From Candidatus Woesearchaeota archaeon (GTDB taxonomy: Archaea > Nanobdellota > Nanobdellia > Pacearchaeales > GW2011-AR1), in contig CAZHCL010000016.1 in the NCBI GenBank assembly GCA_964530955.1, positions 1 through 17,107 of the forward strand: a DNA stretch of 17,107 bases, in the 5' to 3' direction. The notes below the pieces were generated by a model. The model ran no database searches, was not told where the DNA came from, and saw only the letters and a program-made list of their open reading frames with translations. Position numbers and translations under genes: made by a program. Position 1 is the stretch's first letter, and each line of letters begins with the position of its first letter. Below are positions 1-7,181 of this stretch, piece after piece.

Positions 1-2
1 TA

Positions 3-392
3 AAAGAAGTCCATGAGAAGCTTGAAAAGATATTCGCTACAAGAGAAACAAGAGTGGGCCTTTCAGAAATTGCTGGAGAAACAAATGAAGCAAGAATAGC
101 TACTTTCGTTCCCCTTTTGCATCTTGATAATCAGCAAAAGGTCTGGCTTGAGCAGGAGAACCATCTTGATGAAATATGGATTCTTCTAAAGCACCTATAC
201 GAGAAGCAAAACGCTGAAAAACTTGAAGAAATGAGAAAGGAAGTAGAGGAAGAAATGAAAAAATCCCTTTCAGAGATGGATGAAGAGCAAAAAGAAAGAG
301 TAGAAAAGCTAGAGGAAGATTTTGAAGATCCTCTTGGAGAATTAAGAGAGAATCACATTGAAACCATAAGTGAAGAAGATACAGAAGAATGA
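3..392 (+). CDS. scpA: Segregation/condensation protein A (kleisin), C-terminal part; the gene begins upstream of the window
   Basis: The frame is open from base 3 (KEVHEKLEKIF...). It contains the ScpA C-terminal winged-helix signature 'IATFVPLLHLDNQQKVWLEQENHLDEIWI', followed by an acidic/coiled-coil tail. Confidence 0.8.
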   Translation, partial: KEVHEKLEKIFATRETRVGLSEIAGETNEARIATFVPLLHLDNQQKVWLEQENHLDEIWILLKHLYEKQNAEKLEEMRKEVEEEMKKSLSEMDEEQKERVEKLEEDFEDPLGELRENHIETISEEDTEE

Positions 393-703
393 CTTTCTTG
401 CCTAAGAAGAACATTTTCACTTTCGAAAGGAAGATTTGACTCATGAATAAATCTTTCCAGTTCTCCAGAATCTCTATGACTGATAAACATCTCTCTTTCC
501 GAATCAAGATACATAGTTCCACATACTCCAAAATTAAAAGAAACACCTCCTTCAACCAACTCAGGTCTAATTCCTTCTTCCATAAGCCTAGTTGAAATTT
601 CCCTTTGATAATTTAGCATTTTTTCTTTATCGAGAAATGTTCCTTTCTCTCCCATTTTCCTAAGAAGTTCAGAGCTATAAGAATAATATAGATAGGTATA
701 CAT
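353..703 (-). CDS. Hypothetical protein (116 aa)
   Basis: The ORF starts 1 nt after the stop of the upstream same-strand gene (705..1058) and overlaps the scpA 3' end convergently by 40 nt. No recognisable motif. Confidence 0.55.
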   Translation of the reverse strand: MYTYLYYSYSSELLRKMGEKGTFLDKEKMLNYQREISTRLMEEGIRPELVEGGVSFNFGVCGTMYLDSEREMFISHRDSGELERFIHESNLPFESENVLLRQESHSSVSSSLMVSM

Positions 704-704
704 T

Positions 705-1058
705 TTAATTGATGAATTCTATTCCATCTTTTGTGTAAGCAACAAGCCTTATTCCGACAGGTATGCTTAACAATGAAGATATAACTGCCATGTGCTCTTT
801 TCCATTTCCAGAAGCGATAGAAAGCGCAACTTCAAGATCAGAAGAGAGTTTGCCCTTTACTTTTTGAATTATTTCATCCTTAAGAAGAGAAATAGGTTGC
901 TCCGTATTGATTTTTATACTTTCAGATGAAGTTATCGGAAATTCCTCAGCTTCTTTGCTCTTTATAAGAATAACTCCATCCCATTTTCCTTTGTTAACAA
1001 GCGCAGATATCTGACCCCAGCTTTCCTTATCTTTTCCTAAAAAAGCCACTAGTTTCAT
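705..1058 (-). CDS. Small alpha/beta protein, possibly a stand-alone CARF-like (Rossmann-type) domain
   Basis: Pattern of an N-terminal beta strand (KLVAFLG), a second strand (WDGVILI), a strand-loop-helix 'VALSIASGNGKEHMAVISSLL' and a terminal beta-hairpin 'GIRLVAYTKDGIEFI'. A TATA-like TTATAAAT lies 28 nt upstream. The CDS call is solid; the fold call is inference. Confidence 0.6.
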   Translation of the reverse strand: MKLVAFLGKDKESWGQISALVNKGKWDGVILIKSKEAEEFPITSSESIKINTEQPISLLKDEIIQKVKGKLSSDLEVALSIASGNGKEHMAVISSLLSIPVGIRLVAYTKDGIEFIN

Positions 1059-1170
1059 ATTTTGGAAACTATTAGAGGATTTATAATCATTATCATGTTC
1101 ATATAATAGAATGAAAGCATAAGCCAGCCAAACCCATAAGCTTTATAACTTATTTTCATATTGTATTAGC

Positions 1171-1629
1171 ATGGTGAAAGACATCCCTTTGAGCGAAGTT
1201 ACTCTTAGGAGATATGAAAAGCCCTATGATTCTGGAAGAAGAGAGCTTGTAAGAAAAGTCTGCCTTTCCCTGGGCTTGTTGCAGCCAGGAGACTCTAGAG
1301 ATATAATCGTTGATATTTTGCTTGTTCTTGAAAATGCAAGTAAGAAAAAAGAATGGCTTTCCTCTTTTGAAATAAGAGATAAAGTGCAGGCAGCAAGAAA
1401 AGAAAATTCCAAAGATGAAAAAGGACTTGCCGAAAGCAATATTAGAAGGCAACTTAAAAGATTAAGAGATGCATTGCTTGTCGATAAAAGAGAGAATAAA
1501 TACTGTCTTTCTGAGTTTTCCTCGCTTTCAGAAATATTCGAGTCAAAAATAGAAAAATTCCTCATTCCTCAAATAATTGAAAGAATAAAGGAATATCTGA
1601 AAAAGTTAGATGTGAAAGAAAGCACATAA
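1171..1629 (+). CDS. Winged helix-turn-helix protein, putative transcriptional regulator
   Basis: The recognition helix and wing 'GLAESNIRRQLKRLRDALLVDKRENKYCL' match an ArsR/MarR-type wHTH. TATA TTTATAAC at 1142-1149. Confidence 0.75.
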   Translation: MVKDIPLSEVTLRRYEKPYDSGRRELVRKVCLSLGLLQPGDSRDIIVDILLVLENASKKKEWLSSFEIRDKVQAARKENSKDEKGLAESNIRRQLKRLRDALLVDKRENKYCLSEFSSLSEIFESKIEKFLIPQIIERIKEYLKKLDVKEST

Positions 1630-1661
1630 ATAATTTTAAACCCTTAATAGTATAATTATTA

Positions 1662-2105
1662 ATGGGAGATGGAAGAGAACAACCAGCTGACAGAAAATAT
1701 ATTCCTCATTCTGTAGCATATGTTGCCGCATGGGAAAAAATTAATCCTAATAAAATTATCCCCAATTACTTACCAAATCAGTTGACTATAGAATCAGCAG
1801 TTAAAAAAGCATTTGAAAATCCTGATATTTCAACTCCCCTTCATGAAGTAAACCAATTTGCCGATGGCGAATTAGGAGCAGTCTGGATACCCTATCCTGA
1901 TATCACTCATTACGCAAATATCTTCAGAATGGTAGACCCCATAGTCAGCCCAATTAGAGGTTATCAAATACTTGTTAGCGAACAGTTTTTCCAAGCGCAA
2001 TTTGCAAGAAATAAACGCGCAGGAGAACTTTCTGTTCCTTATAGATTATTAGTCTCTCACGTCTTGCAAGAAATAGAGAAGCAAAAGCATACTTTGATAG
2101 TCTAG
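1662..2105 (+). CDS. Hypothetical protein (147 aa, ORFan-like)
   Basis: Clean ORF with its own TATA (TTTTAAAC, 1634-1641) 28 nt upstream. No motif recognised. Confidence 0.7.
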   Translation: MGDGREQPADRKYIPHSVAYVAAWEKINPNKIIPNYLPNQLTIESAVKKAFENPDISTPLHEVNQFADGELGAVWIPYPDITHYANIFRMVDPIVSPIRGYQILVSEQFFQAQFARNKRAGELSVPYRLLVSHVLQEIEKQKHTLIV

Positions 2106-2232
2106 AAAGGCACATTTTCCGAAAAATTTACCTCTAGAAATATTTAAAAACCCTTTTTTCTGCATATACATATCTACTTCTTAGATATTAAGGGGTAGCG
2201 AAGCTTAAATTTAAAGTCAAAAAAACAAAAAA

Positions 2233-2742
2233 ATGTTATTTATAATAAAAGTCACAACGAATAAGGAAGACCGAGCTGTTGAGATGATATCAGAAAGAGC
2301 TCAGAAAAAAGCATTAAATGTATTTTCTATAATAAAACCACATGGATTAAAGGGTTATATAATACTAGAAGCCGCTGACAGGGAATCAGCCGAAGAGGCA
2401 GCATTTAATCTTCCCTATGTAAAAGGAATAGTAGGAAAAACAGTCGAGTATGCAGAAATAAAGAATATGATTGAGCCTAAAGCTGAAGATTATCACATTG
2501 AGGTTGGAGATATTGTTGAAATGATTGCAGAGCCTTTCAAGAATGAACAGGCAAAAGTAACAAGAGTAGACAAGCAAAAAGGCGAAGTCGTCGTTTCTCT
2601 TCTTGGAGCATCTGTTCCTATACCTGTTACTGTCAAAATAGATAACGTAAAGGTTATAAGGCGTGAAGACAAAGCTCAGGAAGAAGACAAGAAGGAAGAA
2701 ATTACAAGCAAGGATGACGAGGAGGAATTCACCTTCGAATAA
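2233..2742 (+). CDS. spt5: Transcription elongation factor Spt5 (NusG family)
   Basis: NGN domain ('GLKGYIILEA') and KOW motif ('IEVGDIVEMIAEPFKNEQAKVTRVD...VVVSL...PIPVTV'), followed by an acidic C-terminal tail. Lies directly upstream of rpl11, as is typical. Confidence 0.97.
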   Translation: MLFIIKVTTNKEDRAVEMISERAQKKALNVFSIIKPHGLKGYIILEAADRESAEEAAFNLPYVKGIVGKTVEYAEIKNMIEPKAEDYHIEVGDIVEMIAEPFKNEQAKVTRVDKQKGEVVVSLLGASVPIPVTVKIDNVKVIRREDKAQEEDKKEEITSKDDEEEFTFE

Positions 2743-2747
2743 CTAAG

Positions 2748-3473
2748 ATGATAATAAAATTAATAGTTGACGGCGGAGACATGAAACCAGGGCCAGCAGT
2801 AGCCCAGCAAATAGGTCCACTCGGAATTAATCTCGGAAAAGTTATAGCAGACGTAAATACTGCAACTTCAGGATTCAAGGGAACAAAAGTTCCTGTGGAA
2901 ATTGATGTCGATACTAAGTCGAAAAATTACAAGATAAAAGTATTTTCACCTCCTGTTGGAGAATTAATTAAGAAAGAGCTAGGTCTTGAGAAAGGTTCAG
3001 GATTGGCTGGAGGATATATGGTTGGAAACATTTCTCTTGAAAGAATAATTGATATTGCAAAGACAAAGCAGTCTTCATTGCTTGCAAAGGATATGAAATC
3101 TTCTGTTAAATTAATTGTAGGAACATGCGTCTCATTAGGAGTCCTTGTTGATAATAAGCCTGCAAAAGAAATTGAAAAAGATATTGACGCAGGAAAATAT
3201 GACAAAGAAATAAAGGAAGAAATAACTGTTCCTTCAGAAGAAAAGAAGAAAAATCTCGCAGAATTCTATAAAGTTCTTAAAGAGAAGCAAGATAAAGAGC
3301 AGAAAGCAATTGCTGAAGCAAAGGCCGCTGAAGAAGCAGCCAAGGCAGCAGCAGCTCCAGCACCTGGAGCGCCAGGAGCAGCAGCCGCAGCACCGGGGGC
3401 AACTCCAGCAGCAGCGACACCTGCAGCAGCCGCAGCCAAGCCTGAAGCCAAACCAGCAGCGAAGAAGAAGTAA
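2748..3473 (+). CDS. rpl11: 50S ribosomal protein uL11 with a ~85-aa C-terminal extension
   Basis: 'LIVDGGDMKPGPAVAQQIGPLGINLGKV', 'KVPVEI', 'SPPVGELIKKELG', 'VGTCVSLGV' and 'IDAGKYD' are archaeal uL11 motifs. Confidence 0.97.
   Translation: MIIKLIVDGGDMKPGPAVAQQIGPLGINLGKVIADVNTATSGFKGTKVPVEIDVDTKSKNYKIKVFSPPVGELIKKELGLEKGSGLAGGYMVGNISLERIIDIAKTKQSSLLAKDMKSSVKLIVGTCVSLGVLVDNKPAKEIEKDIDAGKYDKEIKEEITVPSEEKKKNLAEFYKVLKEKQDKEQKAIAEAKAAEEAAKAAAAPAPGAPGAAAAAPGATPAAATPAAAAAKPEAKPAAKKK
3326..3470 (+). repeat. Low-complexity GCA/GCC/CCA-rich coding repeat (Ala/Pro linker of uL11)
   Basis: Runs of gcagca/gcagcc encode 'AAEEAAKAAAAPAPGAPGAAAAAPGATPAAATPAAAAAKPEAKPAAKKK'. GC content is locally much higher than in the flanks. 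Confidence 0.85.
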
Positions 3474-3483
3474 AATTATTCAG

Positions 3484-3512
3484 ATTTTTTTTAAATTCTT
3501 TAGAAAACTTTT
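3484..3512 (+). terminator. Probable oligo-T terminator after the spt5-rpl11 operon
   Basis: A T8 run and further T-tracts begin about 10 nt after the rpl11 stop. Confidence 0.5.
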
Positions 3513-3549
3513 TACAAAGCTTTTTATACTCTCTTCCGAGACTTTTTTA

Positions 3550-3939
3550 ATGGCAAATGAAAAACCAAAAACATTCAACAATCCTAGAAGTGGCGCCCTA
3601 GAGGAATATATGAAAACAAGTACTGGAAGAGACAATCCTCCTACTTTTAGAGGAAGAGGATATTTTGAAAGGCTTGCACAGGGAGGCTATTTCAATAGAT
3701 GCACAAGCATAGTAGCAGTATTACCAAGAAATGGAGAGGGAATCAAAAGATATACTGTTGTGGGAAAATATGGAAGAGAAAAACTCGAAGAATATGTTCA
3801 ACCCTATTGGTGTCCAGATAGCCCTGAACCAAAACCAGAAGATAGGTCTATTGATGTTTCTTTTATTATAAATAGGAAGACTATTTGGACTGTAAGAGGA
3901 TTCAATAGCCGACCTTCTCCAAGAAGAAAAAGTAATTGA
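3550..3939 (+). CDS. Hypothetical protein (129 aa); start revised from 3310 to 3550
   Basis: ATG at 3550 (MANEKPK...) has TATA TTTTTATA at 3521-3528, 29 nt upstream. The longer tracked ORF simply overlaps the rpl11 Ala-rich tail. Confidence 0.7.
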   Translation: MANEKPKTFNNPRSGALEEYMKTSTGRDNPPTFRGRGYFERLAQGGYFNRCTSIVAVLPRNGEGIKRYTVVGKYGREKLEEYVQPYWCPDSPEPKPEDRSIDVSFIINRKTIWTVRGFNSRPSPRRKSN

Positions 3940-3975
3940 GATTCAGACGTTATTTTTTTAAAAAGCAACACTAAC

Positions 3976-4173
3976 TTACTCTTTTGCTCTTTTCATTAAA
4001 ATTATATTTAAAATCAAACCAACAATAGCAACCCCTGTAATTATATAATTATAATTTAAAATATTGGACTGAGCAACACCCCTAAGATTCATAAGCATAT
4101 TTATTGCACTATAAACGCCAGCCCCAATCCAAATGCCTATTCCAAATCTGTACATTTCCTTTGTCCTTATCAT
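3976..4173 (-). CDS. Small membrane protein (65 aa, two predicted TM helices)
   Basis: Two hydrophobic segments and a basic C-terminus. TATA TTTATAA lies 29 nt upstream on the minus strand. Confidence 0.65.
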   Translation of the reverse strand: MIRTKEMYRFGIGIWIGAGVYSAINMLMNLRGVAQSNILNYNYIITGVAIVGLILNIILMKRAKE

Positions 4174-4262
4174 AAATAGTTAAGGAAGAATGTACTTATA
4201 AATTATCCTCACACTCCCCTAATCAGTAACAATTAAAAACCCAGTGAGAATATTTTGTATGT

Positions 4263-4336
4263 GGGGATATGGTGCAGCCTGCTTAACATTCGAGGTTTGG
4301 GACTTCGCGACCCCGGTTGAAATCCGGGTATCCCCA
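4263..4336 (+). tRNA. tRNA-Pro (anticodon UGG), intron-less, CCA not encoded
   Basis: Acceptor GGGGATA/TATCCCC plus discriminator A; anticodon stem CGAGG/CTTCG with loop TT-TGG-GA; T stem CCCGG/CCGGG; G15:C48 Levitt pair. A TATA-like TTAAAAA lies 30 nt upstream. Confidence 0.95.
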
Positions 4337-4370
4337 TTATCTTTAAAAACATATTCTATAATCCAAATTA

Positions 4371-4805
4371 ATGAATTTCGTACCGGCTACCTCTGAAGAA
4401 CGTGCAAGCATGAATGGTGAAGCCACAGTAAAATATCTTGAAAGATTAGATAAATTGCATCCAGAGGAATATGCTTCTGAAATGAGAGTTCGTCTTTTAG
4501 AACTCAGAGACGAATATACAGAAGAAATTCCTGCTCAGATAGTTCGTAGTGATACTCCCAAATACAAATGCAGAATAGGATGGTTTGCCACAATAATTGC
4601 AGAGGCGGAAAATTTAAAAAAAAGAAGCATGTTATCAGAAGGATTAGTTAAAAAGTTAAACGCATTTCATACTGAAGTCTCTCCTCAAATAAAACAAAGA
4701 CTTACAACGGAACAAGATATAGCAAGAGGCAATTTATTATTAAATGAAATATTAAAGGAATTAGAATTACGATATGGCAATCAACAAAAAGCTCAAACTA
4801 ATTAA
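4371..4805 (+). CDS. Hypothetical protein (144 aa, predicted helical)
   Basis: Clean ORF with TATA TTTAAAAA (4342-4349) 29 nt upstream, immediately after the tRNA. Confidence 0.7.
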   Translation: MNFVPATSEERASMNGEATVKYLERLDKLHPEEYASEMRVRLLELRDEYTEEIPAQIVRSDTPKYKCRIGWFATIIAEAENLKKRSMLSEGLVKKLNAFHTEVSPQIKQRLTTEQDIARGNLLLNEILKELELRYGNQQKAQTN

Positions 4806-4863
4806 AAATAGCATCTATTTTTAAATCGAATGATTTAAAAAGCTAGTTTTTCAAGAGAATATT

Positions 4864-5091
4864 ATGGGAAGTAAAACAAAGAAGATAAAGGCAGCAGGCA
4901 AATTTGGCTCAGGCTATGGAATGAGAGTCAGAAATGAGTATAATTCAATCGAAGCTGTGCAAAGACAGAGACAGGTTTCTCCTTTCTATGCCAAGGGAAG
5001 AGCAAAAAGAATGGCTGCCGGAATCTGGAAATGCCTAAAAACAGGCAAGGTTTTTGCAGGTCCAGCCTATGTTTTAAACAGTAAAAAGTAA
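4864..5091 (+). CDS. rpl37ae: 50S ribosomal protein eL43 (L37ae), degenerate zinc finger
   Basis: 'AAGKFGSGYGMRVR', 'KRMAAGIWKC' and 'GKVFAGPAY' match L37ae motifs. Upstream of rpoP, as is typical in archaea. Confidence 0.93.
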   Translation: MGSKTKKIKAAGKFGSGYGMRVRNEYNSIEAVQRQRQVSPFYAKGRAKRMAAGIWKCLKTGKVFAGPAYVLNSKK

Positions 5092-5137
5092 AAAGGCTCA
5101 ACAATAAGTTTAAAAATCATATTTCCATTTCATTATC

Positions 5138-5275
5138 ATGACACAATACAAATGTTTCAAGTGCGAAAAGACAATAACATCTAAGGTTCTTGATAAAAGA
5201 TTTGTCTGCCCTCATTGCGGTTCAAAGATATTCTACAAGCCAAGAATGCAGATAGTAAAGGTCAAGGCGGTTTGA
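5138..5275 (+). CDS. rpoP: DNA-directed RNA polymerase subunit P (Rpo12), 45 aa; absent from the supplied ORF track
   Basis: Translated by hand as MTQYKCFKCEKTITSKVLDKRFVCPHCGSKIFYKPRMQIVKVKAV*. It has a CxxC...CPxCGSKIFYKPR zinc ribbon, sits between rpl37ae and pfdB, and has a TATA 29 nt upstream. Confidence 0.95.
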   Translation: MTQYKCFKCEKTITSKVLDKRFVCPHCGSKIFYKPRMQIVKVKAV

Positions 5276-5282
5276 TTCTAGC

Positions 5283-5624
5283 ATGGATATAAACCCTGAG
5301 CTAAGCGAGAAAATTCAGGAACTTCAAATCATTGAAAGGAATCTTCAAGGTTTTGCGATGGAGAAGCAGTCTTTTCAAGTTGAACTTAATGAGATAACTA
5401 ACGCGCTGACAGAGCTAAGTAAATCAGGAGATGAAGTTTACAAAATTCTTGGTGGCTTGATGATAAAATCAGAGAAAAATTCTCTTTCTAAGGACTTGAA
5501 TGATAAGAAAAAAATCCTCGAACTAAGAATAGGTTCAGTAGAGAAGCAGGAAAAATCAATCGAAGAGAAAAGTGACAAACTCAGAAAAGAAATAAACGCA
5601 AAAATGATCGTAAAAGCGAAATAG
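5283..5624 (+). CDS. pfdB: Prefoldin beta subunit
   Basis: Coiled-coil / beta-hairpin / coiled-coil with 'EVYKILGGLMIKS'; conserved position downstream of rpoP. Confidence 0.93.
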   Translation: MDINPELSEKIQELQIIERNLQGFAMEKQSFQVELNEITNALTELSKSGDEVYKILGGLMIKSEKNSLSKDLNDKKKILELRIGSVEKQEKSIEEKSDKLRKEINAKMIVKAK

Positions 5625-5711
5625 TTTCCTCGCCTAATAAATCTTTTTTATAAAAAAATATAATTTATTTAGAACAGCAATATTTATAAACTCAATTATT
5701 TAATCTTCACT

Positions 5712-6089
5712 ATGGCATTTAACTTAAAAAAGATGTTCGGAAAAGAAAACACTGAAGATTATGTTGAAATCGATTTGAACTCAACAGAGCCTAGAGATTC
5801 AAAGGTTATTGTAAAGCCTTTCGTTCTCAGACAATTTGATGACATAAATGAGATTCTTAATTCAGTAAGAGAAGGATATACTATTGCAGTAATTGATATA
5901 AAAATACTAAAGTCAAAGGATATAATTGAGCTTAAGAGAGCTATATCAAAGATTAAGAAAACAGTAGATGCAATTGAAGGATCAATCGCAGGTTTCGGAG
6001 AAAACATTATAATAGCAACTCCAAAGTTCGCTCAGATTCACAAGGCTCCAGCAGCTTCAAAGGCAGCAAAGCCAGATTTTATTAACTGA
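5712..6089 (+). CDS. sepF: Cell division protein SepF (archaeal FtsZ membrane anchor)
   Basis: N-terminal amphipathic segment (MAFNLKKMFGK), 'DYVEID', and core 'DDINEILNSVREGYTIAVIDI...ELKRAISKIKKTVDAIEGSIAG...IIATP'. Confidence 0.9.
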   Translation: MAFNLKKMFGKENTEDYVEIDLNSTEPRDSKVIVKPFVLRQFDDINEILNSVREGYTIAVIDIKILKSKDIIELKRAISKIKKTVDAIEGSIAGFGENIIIATPKFAQIHKAPAASKAAKPDFIN

Positions 6090-6177
6090 TTATTCTGACA
6101 AAGAAATTTGATTTTAACTACTAATTTAGATAAGAAAATGCAATAATATTTATATATAGTAAATAGTCAGTTTTTCT

Positions 6178-6525
6178 ATGACAGAAAGTACAAGAGTTGG
6201 TGAAGATGAAACTATTGAAGGAAGACTAGAGAGGATTGATACTATAAGCTATGACTTTAATGGCAGAACAGGTTTGAAAGTAAGGACCACCTTAAGAATA
6301 AAAGAGTCTGAACCAAAAATGAGCAGAGAAGTTACTTTTTATGGCCCAGTTCCAGCAGAGTATGTTGGGAAAGATGTAAGGTTCGTCAATAGATTAAGAG
6401 CAAAAGGAAATCCTGAAGATGAAACATATGTTAGAAGACAAGAACTTAGCACAAATTCACTTGTTGACCCTAGAGTGCCTTACAAAGTATCAACAAAGAT
6501 AAGTGCCGAAGGATATGATGATTAA
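6178..6525 (+). CDS. Hypothetical beta-rich protein (115 aa), possibly OB-fold-like
   Basis: Own TATA (TTTATATA, 6149-6156) 29 nt upstream; alternating beta-strand pattern. The fold is a guess. Confidence 0.65.
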   Translation: MTESTRVGEDETIEGRLERIDTISYDFNGRTGLKVRTTLRIKESEPKMSREVTFYGPVPAEYVGKDVRFVNRLRAKGNPEDETYVRRQELSTNSLVDPRVPYKVSTKISAEGYDD

Positions 6526-7127
6526 TATCTGTTAGTGATTATACTTTTTATATTAATCTCTGAGAGAGAATCATTTCTTATCAGGCTATAATCGCTCGGT
6601 ATTATCTTTGACCTATTATTTTCTATATTTGTAAGGACAATTTTATCCCTTGTTTTTGCACTTACAAAAATGAGAAGGAAAGAATGAACTACTCTCTTGG
6701 CAGATTTTACGTGCTCAATTGAAATTGAATTTACCTTTGTTATTTCAGCCTTAATATTATGCTTGTTTAACATTATTCTTTTCACAGCATCTTTAATTGA
6801 TTCTCCAACAAGCAACCTTCCTCCTGGAAGGGAAAGAGAATTTTTGAAAGGTCTTTTATCCCTTTTGTAAAGAAATGCCTTTTTTCTATCTCCTATTAAA
6901 ATAAGAATGACTGGAAGAACACTTCTCTTTTCAGATAGATAGGGAATCATACATTCAGCGCTTTCCGATAGCTTGTAGGACTCTCCATCCTTTTCCAGAA
7001 CTCCCTTGTTTACAAGTCTTTTAATATAATAAGCAAGCTTGTTCGATCTGACCGAAAGATTCTTTTCTATCTCGCTAAATTTAAGTGAATGATTTGTCAA
7101 AAACAATTCAAGTATCTTATTTTCCAT
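6522..7127 (-). CDS. N-terminal wHTH fused to a degenerate Nudix domain; putative ligand-sensing regulator (start revised to 7127, 201 aa)
   Basis: 'MENKILELFLTNHSLKFSEIEKNLSVRSNKLAYYIKRLVNKGVLEKDGESYKL' is a wHTH. 'LSLPGGRLLVGESIKDAVKRIMLNK' is a Nudix box lacking the REUxEE glutamates. Confidence 0.8.
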   Translation of the reverse strand: MENKILELFLTNHSLKFSEIEKNLSVRSNKLAYYIKRLVNKGVLEKDGESYKLSESAECMIPYLSEKRSVLPVILILIGDRKKAFLYKRDKRPFKNSLSLPGGRLLVGESIKDAVKRIMLNKHNIKAEITKVNSISIEHVKSAKRVVHSFLLIFVSAKTRDKIVLTNIENNRSKIIPSDYSLIRNDSLSEINIKSIITNRY

Positions 7128-7149
7128 TTTAGTCAATTTTTTTGAGCAA

Positions 7150-7166
7150 TTGTTTAAATATAAAAC
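7150..7166. promoter_or_regulatory. Overlapping bidirectional TATA element for the HTH-Nudix / Nudix divergent pair
   Basis: TTTAAATATAAAA lies in a 54-bp gap. TTTAAATA starts 29 nt before the + strand ATG (7182), and the reverse TTTAAA starts 31 nt before the - strand ATG (7127). Confidence 0.6.
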
Positions 7167-7181
7167 TTCTTGTTTTCTTTG

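Noticed and set aside
100-555. 151-aa minus-strand ORF and other antisense ORFs (1156..1452, 1224..1565, 2386..2577, 2927..3205, 3266..3451, 5759..6007, 7320..7574, 8097..8324, 9544..9840, 9875..10177, 10402..10653, 11398..11604, 11915..12187, 12818..13255, 12978..13166, 13625..13986, 14810..15079, 15822..16016)
   Set aside because: Each lies on the opposite strand or in another frame of a well-supported gene, shows the biased composition expected of shadow ORFs, and has no promoter or motif of its own.
3310-3549. Gln-rich N-terminal extension of the 209-aa ORF
   Set aside because: It is an out-of-frame read-through of the rpl11 Ala-rich repeat. A TATA box at 3521 supports the start at 3550.
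4263-4336. tRNA pseudogene, intron-containing tRNA or recoded anticodon
   Set aside because: All four stems pair, the anticodon loop is a normal 7 nt with U33 and G37, no bulge-helix-bulge is present, and the loop deviations are mutually compensatory.
4337-4860. Integrated element at the tRNA-Pro 3' end
   Set aside because: No integrase and no duplicated tRNA 3' fragment (att site) was seen anywhere in the window.
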